From: Cyanidioschyzon merolae
Taxonomy: Eukaryota
Strand: one strand, 5' to 3'
Length of the DNA: 64,000 nucleotides
Assembly: GCA_000091205.1 (NCBI GenBank)
Contig: AP006494.2
Below the pieces are notes generated by a model. It had not been told where the DNA came from and made no database searches. It saw only the letters and a list, made by a program, of their open reading frames with translations. Shown piece by piece: positions 23,784 through 34,876 of this stretch. The translations under genes were made by a program, and so were the position numbers. Position 1 is the stretch's first letter, and each line of letters opens with the position of its first letter.

Positions 23784-26264
23784 CTAGCGCGGCGCAGAAA
23801 CCCTGTCTTGTTCGATCCCAAAGATGGCTCGAATGCCTCGCAGCGTAGCGCGTTCCATCAGATTCGTGACAATGTCCATGAGCAAGCGCTTGCCCTCTCG
23901 TTTGGATCCAATCAATTGCAGAATGGGAAGGAATTTGCGACTGTCTACTGCATAGGGCAGGAGGAGCGATTGGATGCTCGGGGTCTCTGAGACACCGCGA
24001 ATGCTGCGTGCCAGAGCCGAATTCGCAAGCGCCAGCGAAAGCGCCTTTTGAAAATATATCATCGACTTGGTCGGTACCGGTCGTTTGCCTTGCAGTAACT
24101 GCGTGTTGTAGCTGACGGTGTCTAAAATAAGCTGATCAAACTCGTTGACCAGGTCTTCGGCCAAATGTCGACGGATAATATCACCGCGCGGACTCAGGAT
24201 GAATTCGAGAAGTTGGCTTGCAACAACGCTGAAGTCGTATTCAGAGGTCAGCGATGCTGAATCCAGCAGGCTCTCGAGGCGACTCCATCGAATACGGCCG
24301 TCCTTGAAAAGAAGCACGGACAGAGCGTTCTGAAGCTCTGGTGCGGGATCCGTCAGCAATCGCGATGCAATATACGGATACGCATTGTTGATGATCTTGA
24401 AATCTCGGCGGACTTGGATAGCGAGTCCCTCCAAAACGCCGAGGCAACGAATAATTGCTGTGTAATACGGAGGAAGGCGGAATGGAAACTTGTACATCAC
24501 TGAACCAAGCTTGTTGATTACCGACTTGAAGTTCAATTCGGATACCGAGGCATCCAGTACGTCCGGTAGAGCCCGATTCAGGGCAGCTACCAGTGGTGCA
24601 AGATCAGTATCAGGTGGAATGAAGCCTAATCTCACGTACAATCGGGCGAGTGATTCGAAATCTCGATTCACCATATGCATCACGGCCTCAATGATGCCAT
24701 AGCGTTGCGCTGGTTCTACTTCACTGACCATGCCAAAGTCAAGCCAGCACAGCTTGCCATCTCTCGTGGCGAGTAAATTACCCCCGTGCGGATCGGCGTG
24801 AAAGAAACCGTTCTCAAGCATCTGGCGCAGAGAACACTGAACCATGATCTCTACGAGTTTCTGCGCTTGGGCGTCGCTCAAACAGGGCGAGTTCAGGCGA
24901 ACTCCGTCCACCCAAGACAGGGTTACGACGCGGCGACGGGTGTACTGCCAGTAGATCTTGGGCACGACAACATCCGGGAGCGAGCCGTATAATTCCCGGA
25001 AACGTTCCGCATTCCGTGCTTCGTTCAGGTAATCGATCTCTTCGAAAATCAACTTGCCCAGTTCGTCGATGATGGAGACGAGATTGATATCTCGCCGCAG
25101 GAATGTCAGCATACGACTTAGGATGCCGCTCAATTCGCGGAGAATGTAGATATCCAGCGATATGATTTTCTCACAATCCGGTCTCTGGACTTTCACCGCA
25201 ACCGGCGTATCCTTTCCATCTCGTAGATATGCCTTGTACACCTGTCCTATGGATGCCGCAGCAACCGGTTCAGGTTCGATTCGAGAAAATATCTCATGAA
25301 CAGGTGCCTGCAACTCTTCCTCTATGATTCGATATGCATCCTCATTCTTGAAAGGTGGCAGGCGATCTTGCAACTTTTGCATCTCATCGAGATATTCGGG
25401 AGGCAGGAGATCGGGGCGGGACGCCAGCGCTTGTCCGGCCTTGATGAACGCAGGTCCCAAGTTTGAAAAAATCTGCAAAAATTCCGCAGCACGAATCTTT
25501 CTTCTCTCCTGCTCTTTTCCCATCTGGATGTCTAGAACCACTCGACCTATGAACACGAAAAGTGGTGCCGCGATTCGCGCCTGCCTTGTGCGGACAAGCA
25601 ACGTCTGCCGAGCATACTTCTCGCGCAACCGCTCTGGGTCGTATCGAACCGCAGGCGCCGCTGACTTGACGATGGTCTCGTAGTTCCAGGCGCTTGCGTC
25701 GTTCCCACGAGCGTCCATATGCATGCTGGCCCGCTCTTCGACACGTTTTATGATAGACCGTTCAAAATCCGCCGTCTGAAGAGGAGCCGCAACAGACGCC
25801 CTGCCTGTCAAGGCGGTGCTCGACTGTCTCGCGGTTTCACGCACGAGCTGGAGGGCACGCTGCGCCTCCAACAGGCGCCAGGAGCCAGTAGGCACCGTGT
25901 CTGCGTTGTGCTCGGGCACGTGGTTGGAGCTCGAACTGCCTGCACCTGGGGATGTGGGCCCTGCTACGCTCGCGCGTTCCGTTGCAATCATATACAGTCG
26001 ACGCGAATTGTAGACTCTTCGGTGACAGTTGCCTAGACCTGACTGACTGTACGGTCGCTCTTGATAAAGTCGACGTCCAAGCTCGCAATGCGCCCCAGGC
26101 GACGTTCCTGTCGGCAAAAATAGCCGCTGGATGCCGCTGAACTGGACGAAAAGCAGATAAAACCGACGCGAGTGACTACTCAGTGAACGAGTTGCATGCG
26201 CCATAGCACTGTCTTCACTGTTGAAACAAGGAAGCAACCGCTCGTGAGCCGAGTCAATCAACAT
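23784..26264 (-). CDS. ABC1/ADCK (UbiB-family) atypical protein kinase
   Basis: The ORF-track start at 26282 is GTG; the first ATG is at 26264. ABC1 motifs: AGQALASRPDLLPPEYLDEMQKLQD, AAASIGQVYKA, VAVKVQRPDCEKIISLDIYILR, HADPHGGNLLATRDGKLCWLDFGM. A long C-terminal extension resembles the plant plastoglobule ABC1K type. Confidence 0.85.
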   Translation of the reverse strand: MLIDSAHERLLPCFNSEDSAMAHATRSLSSHSRRFYLLFVQFSGIQRLFLPTGTSPGAHCELGRRLYQERPYSQSGLGNCHRRVYNSRRLYMIATERASVAGPTSPGAGSSSSNHVPEHNADTVPTGSWRLLEAQRALQLVRETARQSSTALTGRASVAAPLQTADFERSIIKRVEERASMHMDARGNDASAWNYETIVKSAAPAVRYDPERLREKYARQTLLVRTRQARIAAPLFVFIGRVVLDIQMGKEQERRKIRAAEFLQIFSNLGPAFIKAGQALASRPDLLPPEYLDEMQKLQDRLPPFKNEDAYRIIEEELQAPVHEIFSRIEPEPVAAASIGQVYKAYLRDGKDTPVAVKVQRPDCEKIISLDIYILRELSGILSRMLTFLRRDINLVSIIDELGKLIFEEIDYLNEARNAERFRELYGSLPDVVVPKIYWQYTRRRVVTLSWVDGVRLNSPCLSDAQAQKLVEIMVQCSLRQMLENGFFHADPHGGNLLATRDGKLCWLDFGMVSEVEPAQRYGIIEAVMHMVNRDFESLARLYVRLGFIPPDTDLAPLVAALNRALPDVLDASVSELNFKSVINKLGSVMYKFPFRLPPYYTAIIRCLGVLEGLAIQVRRDFKIINNAYPYIASRLLTDPAPELQNALSVLLFKDGRIRWSRLESLLDSASLTSEYDFSVVASQLLEFILSPRGDIIRRHLAEDLVNEFDQLILDTVSYNTQLLQGKRPVPTKSMIYFQKALSLALANSALARSIRGVSETPSIQSLLLPYAVDSRKFLPILQLIGSKREGKRLLMDIVTNLMERATLRGIRAIFGIEQDRVSAPR

Positions 26265-27455
26265 ATTGATCGACCTAGGCACTTACAAAGAGGCACAACC
26301 TGTCCGGTTTTAGCCAGGGTCTAGACCCCCCCAGCGCGAGTTCCTATTGTGCTCGAAGTGCGCTCCACAGCAGATATGCCACAAGCAGGTACGCTTTCTG
26401 AATACGGTCGCTGCGATGCCCTGCCGCGCGCTGCCCGCATGGATCACCTTTAGGAAACATCCGGATTCGCAGGTAGAGGCCTTGGGAAGCGTACCAGAAT
26501 ATGTAGCTTACTTTCCGATCTCGCTTTCATTTCATTTTGAATGTAGAATTGCAAGTACAGATTGCGGCCTTGATCTTTCCTAGTCTGCTGACATGACGTG
26601 GCCAAGGACGCATTAGAGAGAAGCTGGCAGAGGAAAATACAGAAAAGGCCTGGCGATCCAGGCTCGTGCAATATACTGATCTCTTGGTCGCACCGTACCG
26701 ACTCCACGAGCGCCGTACTCATCGAAGAAAGCGCTGCAGTCCCCAATGGGTACATTTCGGGTTGGTACAGGCCAGATGTTTCAGTGCTTCCGCAATCTTT
26801 CCACCCGCTGCATGCAATTGATATGGCAGAGACGCAGCTTCCGCTTCGATGTCGTGCGATTCCAGCATCCCGGAATAGACCTATACGAATGCAACGTTTA
26901 CGCATCAGACAAGGTTCCGTCAATGTATATTGAATACTTGCAACGACCAGAAATGCGTTCAACCTGCCATTGCACTGAGAAAGATCTGTGGAAACACAGC
27001 ATCCCCATTTTTTGACTGGATGCGGCAGCGGTCGTGCCTACAAGTTGGCGGCAGAAATCTCCTGAAACGTCTCCATGTAGCCAATGATGCGCCCATGGCT
27101 GGTTCTCCACGAACATCCGCAGTTCCCTGCACTCTGCTCATCATAGACTGCCATTCGGCCGAGTGACCCTTACAGAACCCATCTCGAAGCACCGCAGCTG
27201 CTCATGTAAAATAGGGAGTCTCATAGGCTGCCCGCTGTTTTACTGCATTTCCAAGACGACTCCCTAAACTGTGTAGCTCGTCGCCGTATCACTCCTGGTG
27301 CAGCATTGTCGCCAACGCGTGCACATTTTCTGGCACGAACTGCGTTGGCGTCGCTCCAGCGCTTACTGGAGATTCCGTTGCACCCATGTCCGACTAGAAA
27401 GAGACCGTTCCGAGCAGTATTCTCTGATGTAGACTCTAGACTTCAATTTTCTACT

Positions 27456-28085
27456 CACTGCCATGAACACCAGCATCTGGAAACTATGTCCGCGACTGCT
27501 TCCTGTTCCTGTATTGCGCATCACCGGCTTTGACGACGCCGGTCGCGCCAGTCCGCCCGCCTCTATTCTCAACAGTCGAAGGATGCTGAAAACAGCGTCC
27601 GCGCTCCGATTTCGCCGTTCACCGCTGCTTCCGGCACATCGCATACACACACAAATACGGAGATCTACGCTAGCCGTGTCATTTCCAGCTTGGTTGCATA
27701 CAGCCTCGGTACGCGCTTCACAGCGCCGACACCGCGCTGTGGTTCCCTGCACTCATTCGTTCTCTGCACGTCGACCTGCGTCGAAGACCACCCTGTGGCG
27801 CGTGAACGCTCGCTTCGTCGCTCGGCACACGCCGTTCACGAGTGTAGAATGCTCAGCTCGATACACACCTCGATATCAGCGCCCAGAGCTGCACACACTA
27901 CAAGTACAGGCCTCCTCTGGGCGATCTGCTACGTGCGTACTCTATCCGCTACAGGTGCAAGCGCACGGTGTTCGATTCGATAGACAATTCGTGTACTGCG
28001 ATATTGTCCATGATCAAAGAGGTGATCGGAAATCCAGTCCAGACTGGAGAACAAGTCGACACGTCTTGATCGGTCTATAGTCCTT
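27456..28085. repeat. dispersed repeat family A, copy 2
   Basis: See copy 1. This copy carries an uninterrupted 205-codon ORF (27463..28080). Copy 1 has a stop in that ORF. The ORF is Arg-rich and not protein-like. Confidence 0.85.
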
Positions 28086-28472
28086 TTCTCCCCTACCTCG
28101 CCTCTGACTCTTCTTCTTCTTCATTTGCTCCTCTTCGCTCGATGCTCGACGAGAGGAGGAATCTCTCGTCTTATTCCTGCCGCCGGCGATGGAGGCCCTC
28201 CAGGATGCTTGAGTTTTAGATCCATGCCTTTCACTTGGGTTTTCCATTTCTTCAAACGAACGCACTTCGAATGCATCTGCAATGAACCGCGAAAAGCCTG
28301 TCACACCGGTGTCGGGTACGCGCGAGATTCACCGCATCGCTAACCGAATCCGGCAAGCGAGCGCATCTTCATTTCGAGCACCGCTGAGGCCAGGCCTTGT
28401 AGAGCTCGAGTTCTGGGGCTGCGAACGCGTCGCTGGTGGGAAAGTCGCCACCAAGCAGGGCTGGTTGTGGCT

Positions 28473-30677
28473 ATGACCTTCTGTAGACATTACGTCTACT
28501 TTATAGCGCCGTTTCATACGCGGCGTGAAACGCGTGCGTTCCTCAGGCCGCACCTCGTGAAAAAAGCGAGCCAGCAGCTGTGTCCGCAGCAGCAGCTACC
28601 GCAAAGTACCTACAAAAGCCGTGCGTTTCAGGCGTCGGGGACAACGCCCGGCCCACAGGTCCCGAGTTTACCGGAAAAAGGTGAAACTGGGGCAAGTTCG
28701 GATCGCTGGCAGCGACTGCGGCCGCAAATACTTGCGCTGCCTCGTTCGTGCGGTGTCTACTTTTTTCGGGACCGCAAAGGTCGTCTCCTGTACGTTGGCA
28801 AGTCGCTATGCATTCAGGAGCGTGTGGCCTCATATTTCCGAACCTCTTCCGTCGAACAACGAGGTAGACAAGTAATCGCTGCTCTAGACAGCGTTGATCG
28901 AGTGGAATACTTCGTGACTGGGAACGAAGTGGAGGCGCTCGCCGTCGAGTCCAACTTCATCCGTGAGCACCAGCCCCCCTACAATACACTACGCAAAGAT
29001 GACAAACGTTTTCCTTTTGTGCGCGTCACTTGGAGCGAAATGTATCCGCGCTTGGTGGTGACTCGCCAGAGGCCCCGCGTCAATCAGAACACTCGCGGTC
29101 GAGATCGCGTATATGGGCCTTTCGTCGATTCAAAGCTCCTCAACCATGTGCTTCGCTTTATTCAGCGCACTTTTCCGATGCGACAGCGGGCGCAGCCTCT
29201 TTTTCGGGATCGACCTTGTCTGAATTATGACATTGGTGTATGTCCGGGAGTCTGCCAGAAACAGGTAGACACAACGACATATCGAGAGGCTGTTCGCAGG
29301 GCCGAGCTCTGTTTGCAAGGCCGCGTAACACAGGTCTTGAGCGAATTACAAGCAGATATGCAGCACGCAGTTAAGAAAGAGGATTACGAACGCGCTGCAA
29401 GTCTACGCGACGCGATGCGGGCGCTGCAGCGGATAGCCGTCGAGTCAACGGTCGGCGTCGTTTCGAACCTGACACAACGGGTTCTGCTCATGAATGCCGA
29501 TTTTTCTGCCGATGTCGCCGCAGCGGCCATCACGCAAGATGGAAAGATTGTATCGATTGAACTTATCCAAATGCGGGATGGTATGGTGATGAATCGATTA
29601 CACTTCAGCCTTCGCGTTTCACCTCTGGTACGGGACACCGAAATGACCCACGCGCAGGGTTCGCGGGAGCAGTTGGATCACATCGCAGCTGCCGTATTAC
29701 AGCAAACGCTGATTGAGCATTATGCAAACCTTACGGATGCTAATGAGAATCCGGATGGGATTCTGGTTTATCCTGCTTTACAGGATCATTCGATCTTGGA
29801 AAAGTTATTTCAGGAGCGGTGGCGCTCCCGTCGAGTGCGTGTCGAAACACCTCGAACAGGATTACGGGCAGAGCTCGTACAACTGGCGAAAGAGAACGCG
29901 GAGGCGCATCTAAAGGATGCCTACAACCAGATCACGAACGCGGTGGGTCCGCTCGAAGATCTGGCCATGCGCCTTGGCCTTGCGCAACGTCCATTTCGAA
30001 TCGAATGCTTCGATATCAGTCATCTCAGTGGGACGTGCGTAGTCGCTTCGCAGTCCGTCTTTTTAGATGGTGTACCTGCACCGCATGCCTATCGTCGCTA
30101 TCGCCTGAATCAAAACGATTCTGACCCTGCGAAGGGCGCGAACGATCTCCTGAATATGCAACAGGTTCTGCGACGTCGTTTTCGACGTGCCGCAGAATCG
30201 GCGCCTGTCGACTTGCCGGATCTCGTGCTGATCGATGGTGGCATTGAGCAACTGAAAGCCGCATGCAGCGCCCTCGAAGCATGCGGACTCAGTCCACGGA
30301 CAGGAGCGCCTAATCTCATCGCCCTGGCGAAGCGAGATGAAGAGGTCTTCACCCTGCATTCAACGAGCCCTCTACAGCATTTTCGGGATGGATCCGTGGA
30401 CTCGATGGCGTTGCGCCTGCTTCGCCATATTCGTGACGAGGCGCACAACTTTGCCCTGCAATACCACCGCCAACTGCGAAACAGGGGCACTATGGCTTCC
30501 GTCCTGGAACGCATTCCTGGTTTAGGACCTGTGCGTATTCAAATCTTACTGAATCATTTTGGTTCGTTCGAGGGAATTTTCGGAGCTGGTTACCAGCAAT
30601 TGGCAGCGATTCCTCGGATCGGAGAGAAGTTGGCTCAGCGCATTCATGAGTATCTGCATGAAACGACTGGAAACTAG
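28473..30677 (+). CDS. uvrC: bacterial-type UvrC excinuclease subunit homolog (GIY-YIG, UvrBC motif, RNase H-like endonuclease, HhH2) with an N-terminal extension of about 85 aa
   Basis: The ORF-track start is GTG at 28467; ATG is at 28473. GIY-YIG region GVYFFRDRKGRLLYVGKS...YF. VYGPF...FPMRQR. UvrB-interaction-like ERAASLRDAMRAL. C-terminal HhH2 LERIPGLGPVRIQILLNHFGSFEGIFGAGYQQLAAIPRIGEKLAQRI. Confidence 0.85.
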   Translation: MTFCRHYVYFIAPFHTRRETRAFLRPHLVKKASQQLCPQQQLPQSTYKSRAFQASGTTPGPQVPSLPEKGETGASSDRWQRLRPQILALPRSCGVYFFRDRKGRLLYVGKSLCIQERVASYFRTSSVEQRGRQVIAALDSVDRVEYFVTGNEVEALAVESNFIREHQPPYNTLRKDDKRFPFVRVTWSEMYPRLVVTRQRPRVNQNTRGRDRVYGPFVDSKLLNHVLRFIQRTFPMRQRAQPLFRDRPCLNYDIGVCPGVCQKQVDTTTYREAVRRAELCLQGRVTQVLSELQADMQHAVKKEDYERAASLRDAMRALQRIAVESTVGVVSNLTQRVLLMNADFSADVAAAAITQDGKIVSIELIQMRDGMVMNRLHFSLRVSPLVRDTEMTHAQGSREQLDHIAAAVLQQTLIEHYANLTDANENPDGILVYPALQDHSILEKLFQERWRSRRVRVETPRTGLRAELVQLAKENAEAHLKDAYNQITNAVGPLEDLAMRLGLAQRPFRIECFDISHLSGTCVVASQSVFLDGVPAPHAYRRYRLNQNDSDPAKGANDLLNMQQVLRRRFRRAAESAPVDLPDLVLIDGGIEQLKAACSALEACGLSPRTGAPNLIALAKRDEEVFTLHSTSPLQHFRDGSVDSMALRLLRHIRDEAHNFALQYHRQLRNRGTMASVLERIPGLGPVRIQILLNHFGSFEGIFGAGYQQLAAIPRIGEKLAQRIHEYLHETTGN

Positions 30678-31507
30678 GAACGCATGCTGCGTGAATTCGA
30701 GCTCAAGTGTCTTAAATACTTTCTTCAGATATTTGAAGAAATGCATCGCCACGAACATTGTGTTCGCCAATCGATCTGCCACCAGCGATTTCCGAATCCC
30801 TGACCGATCCACGGCACCGCGGAGCGCTGGCACGTCCACTCGACGACAGCCACTTCGGACGGTGCGCCCTGACTCGGCCTCCACAGAGAGGCACCCCGGT
30901 GCTGCCGCATCGCCCTGCATCCACAACGGCGGCATGCAGATCGCCCCAGCCAGCGTCGCTGTGTGTGGATCGTCGCGCATGCTCGGATCGCGCGATCCGC
31001 TCGCCTTCAATGCGACAGGTGCTCCAACGCTTTGCCACGTGTCCGTTGCTGAATGCGTGCAGTCGCTATCGCCGTCACGCACGCACGCATGCACGCATGC
31101 GGACGTATGGCGGTATTGAGGCGTGTGCATTGGCGGGCGCTCTTTCTGGCACTGCAGCCGGGTCCAGCGACAGGCACGTGGCTCAGGGAGCAAGTAGTAA
31201 CGCCTCACCAGCATCGAGCTTGCGACGTGCAGGAGTGTACGCGGTGCATCGATGGAGACACGCCTACGGACACGTGTGCGACATTGGACTCTGGCAGTGG
31301 GCTGGCCTAGTCAGAATGCACTGACGGAGAGATGCAAATGCACACCTATAAAGCATGGATTTCGGCGAGCAACCAGGAGCATTTACAGTACACCACCCGA
31401 AAGATCCATGCAAGCAAACATTTCGCAGATACTCTGGGCGGCAACCAGGAAAACTGGACGTACACACATCCAGATCATACACACAGACCTGCGTCCCGCC
31501 CAAGGCC

Positions 31508-33433
31508 CTAGCTCGAGACCTCCGCCGAGTCGCCACCGCTGAGCCAGCGCGTGTGCCACCGCCGCCCCGGATCGTCCAGACGCTCGTAGCCGTGCGAGCC
31601 GAAGCAATCCCGCTGGGCCTGAACCAGCTGGCTTGAGCGCAGCACCGCCTGTCGATACGTGTCGTAGTACGAAAGGCTCGCGGTCAGCGCCGGCGCCGGC
31701 ACACCCAGCGATGCCGCCAGCCCGACAACACGCCTCCAGCTCTCGTGGCGACGTCCAATCTCCGCAGCCAGGTCAGCGTCCAGCAGCAGATTCGGCAGGC
31801 TGGGGTCTCGTCGAAAAGCGCCCTCGATCCGCTCAAGCAGCTGTGCCCGAATAATGCAGCCGCCCTTCCAGATGCGCGCAAGCTCCCCGAGATCCAGCGA
31901 CCAGCCCTGCTCGCCGCTCGCTCGCTGCAGCAGACTGAGACCCTGCGCGTAGCTACAGAGCTTGCTGCAGAAGAGTGCGTCCTCAATAGCAGCGATCAAC
32001 GCTCGCTCCGCCGATGCATCCGAACGCGACGTCGACGCCGACGCTCGTACAGAGCCAGACGCTAGGGCGGCGACACGCTCGGGAGCTGTGTCCGGTCCAG
32101 TTTCAGCTACACCGCCAGCGGCTCCGGGTGAGGCACCGGCGGCCGCCAACTCGGAGGCGTGCCCCGTACCCGAGAGCCGCTCGGGTCCGCGGAGCACCCG
32201 CGACGCACGCTCGCGCTCGTCCTTCCGCGCTGAGAGGAAGCGCCCGTCGAGCGCGGCAGCGATGGTCGGCACCGCCACGCCCCGCCGCAGTGCCTCCGTC
32301 ATCGTCCACAGGCCAGTGCCCTTGCTCTCACTCCGGTCGAGGATTTGGTCTACGAGCGCTGGCGCCGACGCTGCCGACGAAGACGTGTCAGGCACGCGTA
32401 GAATGCGCGCGGTAATCTCCACGAGGAAGCTTTGCAGGGCGCCCGCGTTCCACGAGGCAAATACTTCCGCAGCCGCCATCGCATCCAAGCCAACGGCACC
32501 CCGAAGCAGGTCGTATGCCTCGCCGATCAGCTGCATATCGCCGTACTCGATCCCGTTGTGCACCATCTTCACATAGTTCCCCGAGCCGCCCGGCCCAATG
32601 TAGGTAACGCACGGCCCAGAGCCGGGCACCTGCGCCGCAACCTGCTCCAGCAGCGGCGCAAGCTGCTGGTACGCCTCCCGTGAACCGCCCGGCATCAGGG
32701 AAGGCCCGTAGCGCGCACCCTCCTCGCCACCGCTTACGCCCATGCCTACGTACAGGAGGCCGCGTGCCGCGACAGACGCAGCACGTCGCTCCGTATTCTC
32801 GTACCACTCGTTGCCGCCGTCCACGATGATGTCGCCCGGCTCCAGAACCTCAGCCAGCGCCTCGACGGTTGCGTCGACTGCGCTCCCCGCCTTCACCAGC
32901 AGGAATACCCGCCGCGGACGCTTCAGCGAAACCACAAACGACCGCAGGTCCGCAAAGCCGGTAACGCTCCCGCTGGCTGTCGTGTCATCTGCCGCGAGCT
33001 CCCGCTGCGCCCGCTCAACAGTCTCCGCCGTCCGCGCATACGTTCGATTGTACACAGAGACTCGCCAGCCGTGCGACGCTAGGTTCAGTGCAAAGTTCTG
33101 ACCCATGACCGCAAGGCCAATGACACCCGCGTCCGATATTGCGCGACCTGCAGGATGTGACGACGCGCTTTCCCGGACAGCACTCGACGGAGACGAGCCC
33201 TCCGCCGCAGACATGACGGCAGCACCACATGCTTGTGCGCGGCGGCCTCGGAGCAGGCACCAGCGAGCGCTTCGGACCAAGCTCAGGCTCCATGTCGGGT
33301 ACGTACGCCTGGGTGTCCAGGAGTGCGCACGCGGAGGCGCCCAGCGTCCGAAGCGCACCGCAGCGACAGGTGCGGCGGCCCAGCACAGCGCACCGCCACT
33401 GGGACTCCGGCGAGTGCCCGCTGTCGTCGCCAT
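31508..33433 (-). CDS. 6-phosphogluconate dehydrogenase (decarboxylating), with an N-terminal presequence and an Ala/Ser-rich insertion
   Basis: The ORF-track start at 33487 is GTG; ATG is at 33433. Motifs: IGLAVMGQNFALNLASHG, GGNEWYENT, GMGVSGGEEGARYGPSLMPGG, GSGNYVKMVHNGIEYGDMQLIGEAY, GTGLWT, WKGGCIIRA, DCFGSHGYERLD. Confidence 0.9.
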   Translation of the reverse strand: MATTAGTRRSPSGGALCWAAAPVAAVRFGRWAPPRAHSWTPRRTYPTWSLSLVRSARWCLLRGRRAQACGAAVMSAAEGSSPSSAVRESASSHPAGRAISDAGVIGLAVMGQNFALNLASHGWRVSVYNRTYARTAETVERAQRELAADDTTASGSVTGFADLRSFVVSLKRPRRVFLLVKAGSAVDATVEALAEVLEPGDIIVDGGNEWYENTERRAASVAARGLLYVGMGVSGGEEGARYGPSLMPGGSREAYQQLAPLLEQVAAQVPGSGPCVTYIGPGGSGNYVKMVHNGIEYGDMQLIGEAYDLLRGAVGLDAMAAAEVFASWNAGALQSFLVEITARILRVPDTSSSAASAPALVDQILDRSESKGTGLWTMTEALRRGVAVPTIAAALDGRFLSARKDERERASRVLRGPERLSGTGHASELAAAGASPGAAGGVAETGPDTAPERVAALASGSVRASASTSRSDASAERALIAAIEDALFCSKLCSYAQGLSLLQRASGEQGWSLDLGELARIWKGGCIIRAQLLERIEGAFRRDPSLPNLLLDADLAAEIGRRHESWRRVVGLAASLGVPAPALTASLSYYDTYRQAVLRSSQLVQAQRDCFGSHGYERLDDPGRRWHTRWLSGGDSAEVSS

Positions 33434-33777
33434 CCTTGAGGCGATCCACAGGTGGTTTGCGTGACCGAGGGCGGCCGGCCTGTTCACCGGGTGCGCCTCC
33501 TCGGTCTGCCGCGCTCTAGACGGGACAGCGCGCAGCGACTGGCCGTCTGGTGCTGCTTCCGGGACTCCTCAGCTGCCGATCCTGTGCCCCGGCGCGAGCA
33601 CTCGGCGACTTGACGTCTGGTGCTCGCTCAAGTCTCTCACGGTCACTACGACAACACGCACGCTCAAAAGCTGAGCACAGCGGAAAACAAAACCGATCCG
33701 CGATGCACGGGGGTGCTGCAGATCGATGCAGTCCGCGTCACGAGTTCTCGCAGTAGCACGAATACCACCGACAATAA

Positions 33778-33798
33778 CAGCAGCAGCAGCAGCAGCAA
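33778..33798. repeat. (CAG)n trinucleotide microsatellite
   Basis: Direct read: cagcagcagcagcagcagcag. Confidence 0.8.
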
Positions 33799-34876
33799 GC
33801 AACGCAACGTACTCGGTCCACAAACAGCCGCAGTCAGCGACGAATGAGCGGCTCGCTCAGTAGCTCGCAACTGCAGCTCCAGCACGAGTACGGAACGGAT
33901 CGCAGACAGCCGCCACGAGGCCGCAGCGCTACGCACAGCGCGCGACGCACCGTCAAGCGCTATCCTGCGCTGACGGCCGCCGCAGCAACGCAGGCGGATC
34001 GAATGCGCACGGGTATATATATGAATATGGAACCTTAATCATCACTTGCGTTCAAACCATAGCTGGAAACACCGCGTCCCATCTCGAATCGCGAAGTTAA
34101 GCAGCATTGGGCTCTCTGAGTACTGTGATGAGGGATCGCACGGGAAACGGGAGTGACGCAAGTTCGCTTTTGCCACCACGTCGCGCTGACCTGTTCTAAA
34201 GCGCGCATCAGCAGACGCGAGCCGGGTAGTCTGGCGGGGAAGCACTGTGAGGCCGGCTTGCTCCGGAATACACTTGCAACCGGTGGTCCAGATCGACGAC
34301 GATAACGAGTGGGTAACTGCGGAGGCCTGGTTGCACAGAGCGATCTTGCAGCGCTACGAACCGCAACACCTGCCGATATTCTGGAGGAGGTGCGATCGCC
34401 CCCGCACGACGAACCCCGTAGCACCCAGAGGGAGTACGCACCCGCGCTACACCATGAATGCTAAAAAGGGCGGCAGGGCAGGGGCTGTCGCCCCGAACGC
34501 GTATTGCAGACAAACTAGCGCGTCACGTTCATGTGCGTCGCGTTCTAGTCCGTCGCACAGCAACAGGAGCACTGGAAAAGATCATAAGCCAGCATGCTAC
34601 CGTGCAGCGCACTGTACCGCCTTCGCTTTACGTCATACGGAACTAGACAGGAAAGTTGCCACCACGCCAGCCACGACTCCATCGATGCGAGCATCGCGCG
34701 TGCGCACGCGTGCCCGTCGCATCGACCCCTAAGCCGCCGTGTACCGAACACAACTGCCTCCGTTCGTCGCGAATGCGCAGCAACCTTCCCTCTGACACAG
34801 AAAAACACATCGTGTCCATCACAGACGCCGGTGACAAGGCCGCGTATAGCACCAACGAACTCGCCACGAATCCGCA

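Noticed and set aside
27463-28080. 205-codon ORF spanning repeat A copy 2 (and the antisense ORFs 27363..27752 / 15351..15779).
   Set aside because: Arg-rich composition typical of a GC-rich non-coding frame. Interrupted by a stop in copy 1. No domain.
15483-28085. Interpreting the repeat A or repeat B pairs as LTRs of large retrotransposons.
   Set aside because: The DNA between the repeats consists of ordinary host genes (CarB, ABC1K; ATE1, PhoH2, RlmA-MT) with no gag/pol/integrase, no PBS/PPT and no TSDs visible.
30546-31214. 222-aa ORF on the minus strand overlapping the UvrC 3' end; also 12411..12854 (-), 16120..16524 (-), 148..663 (+), 4075..4557 (-).
   Set aside because: No conserved motifs. 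Composition-driven (GC-rich antisense or intergenic frames, one driven by the CTG repeat). They overlap or abut confidently assigned genes.
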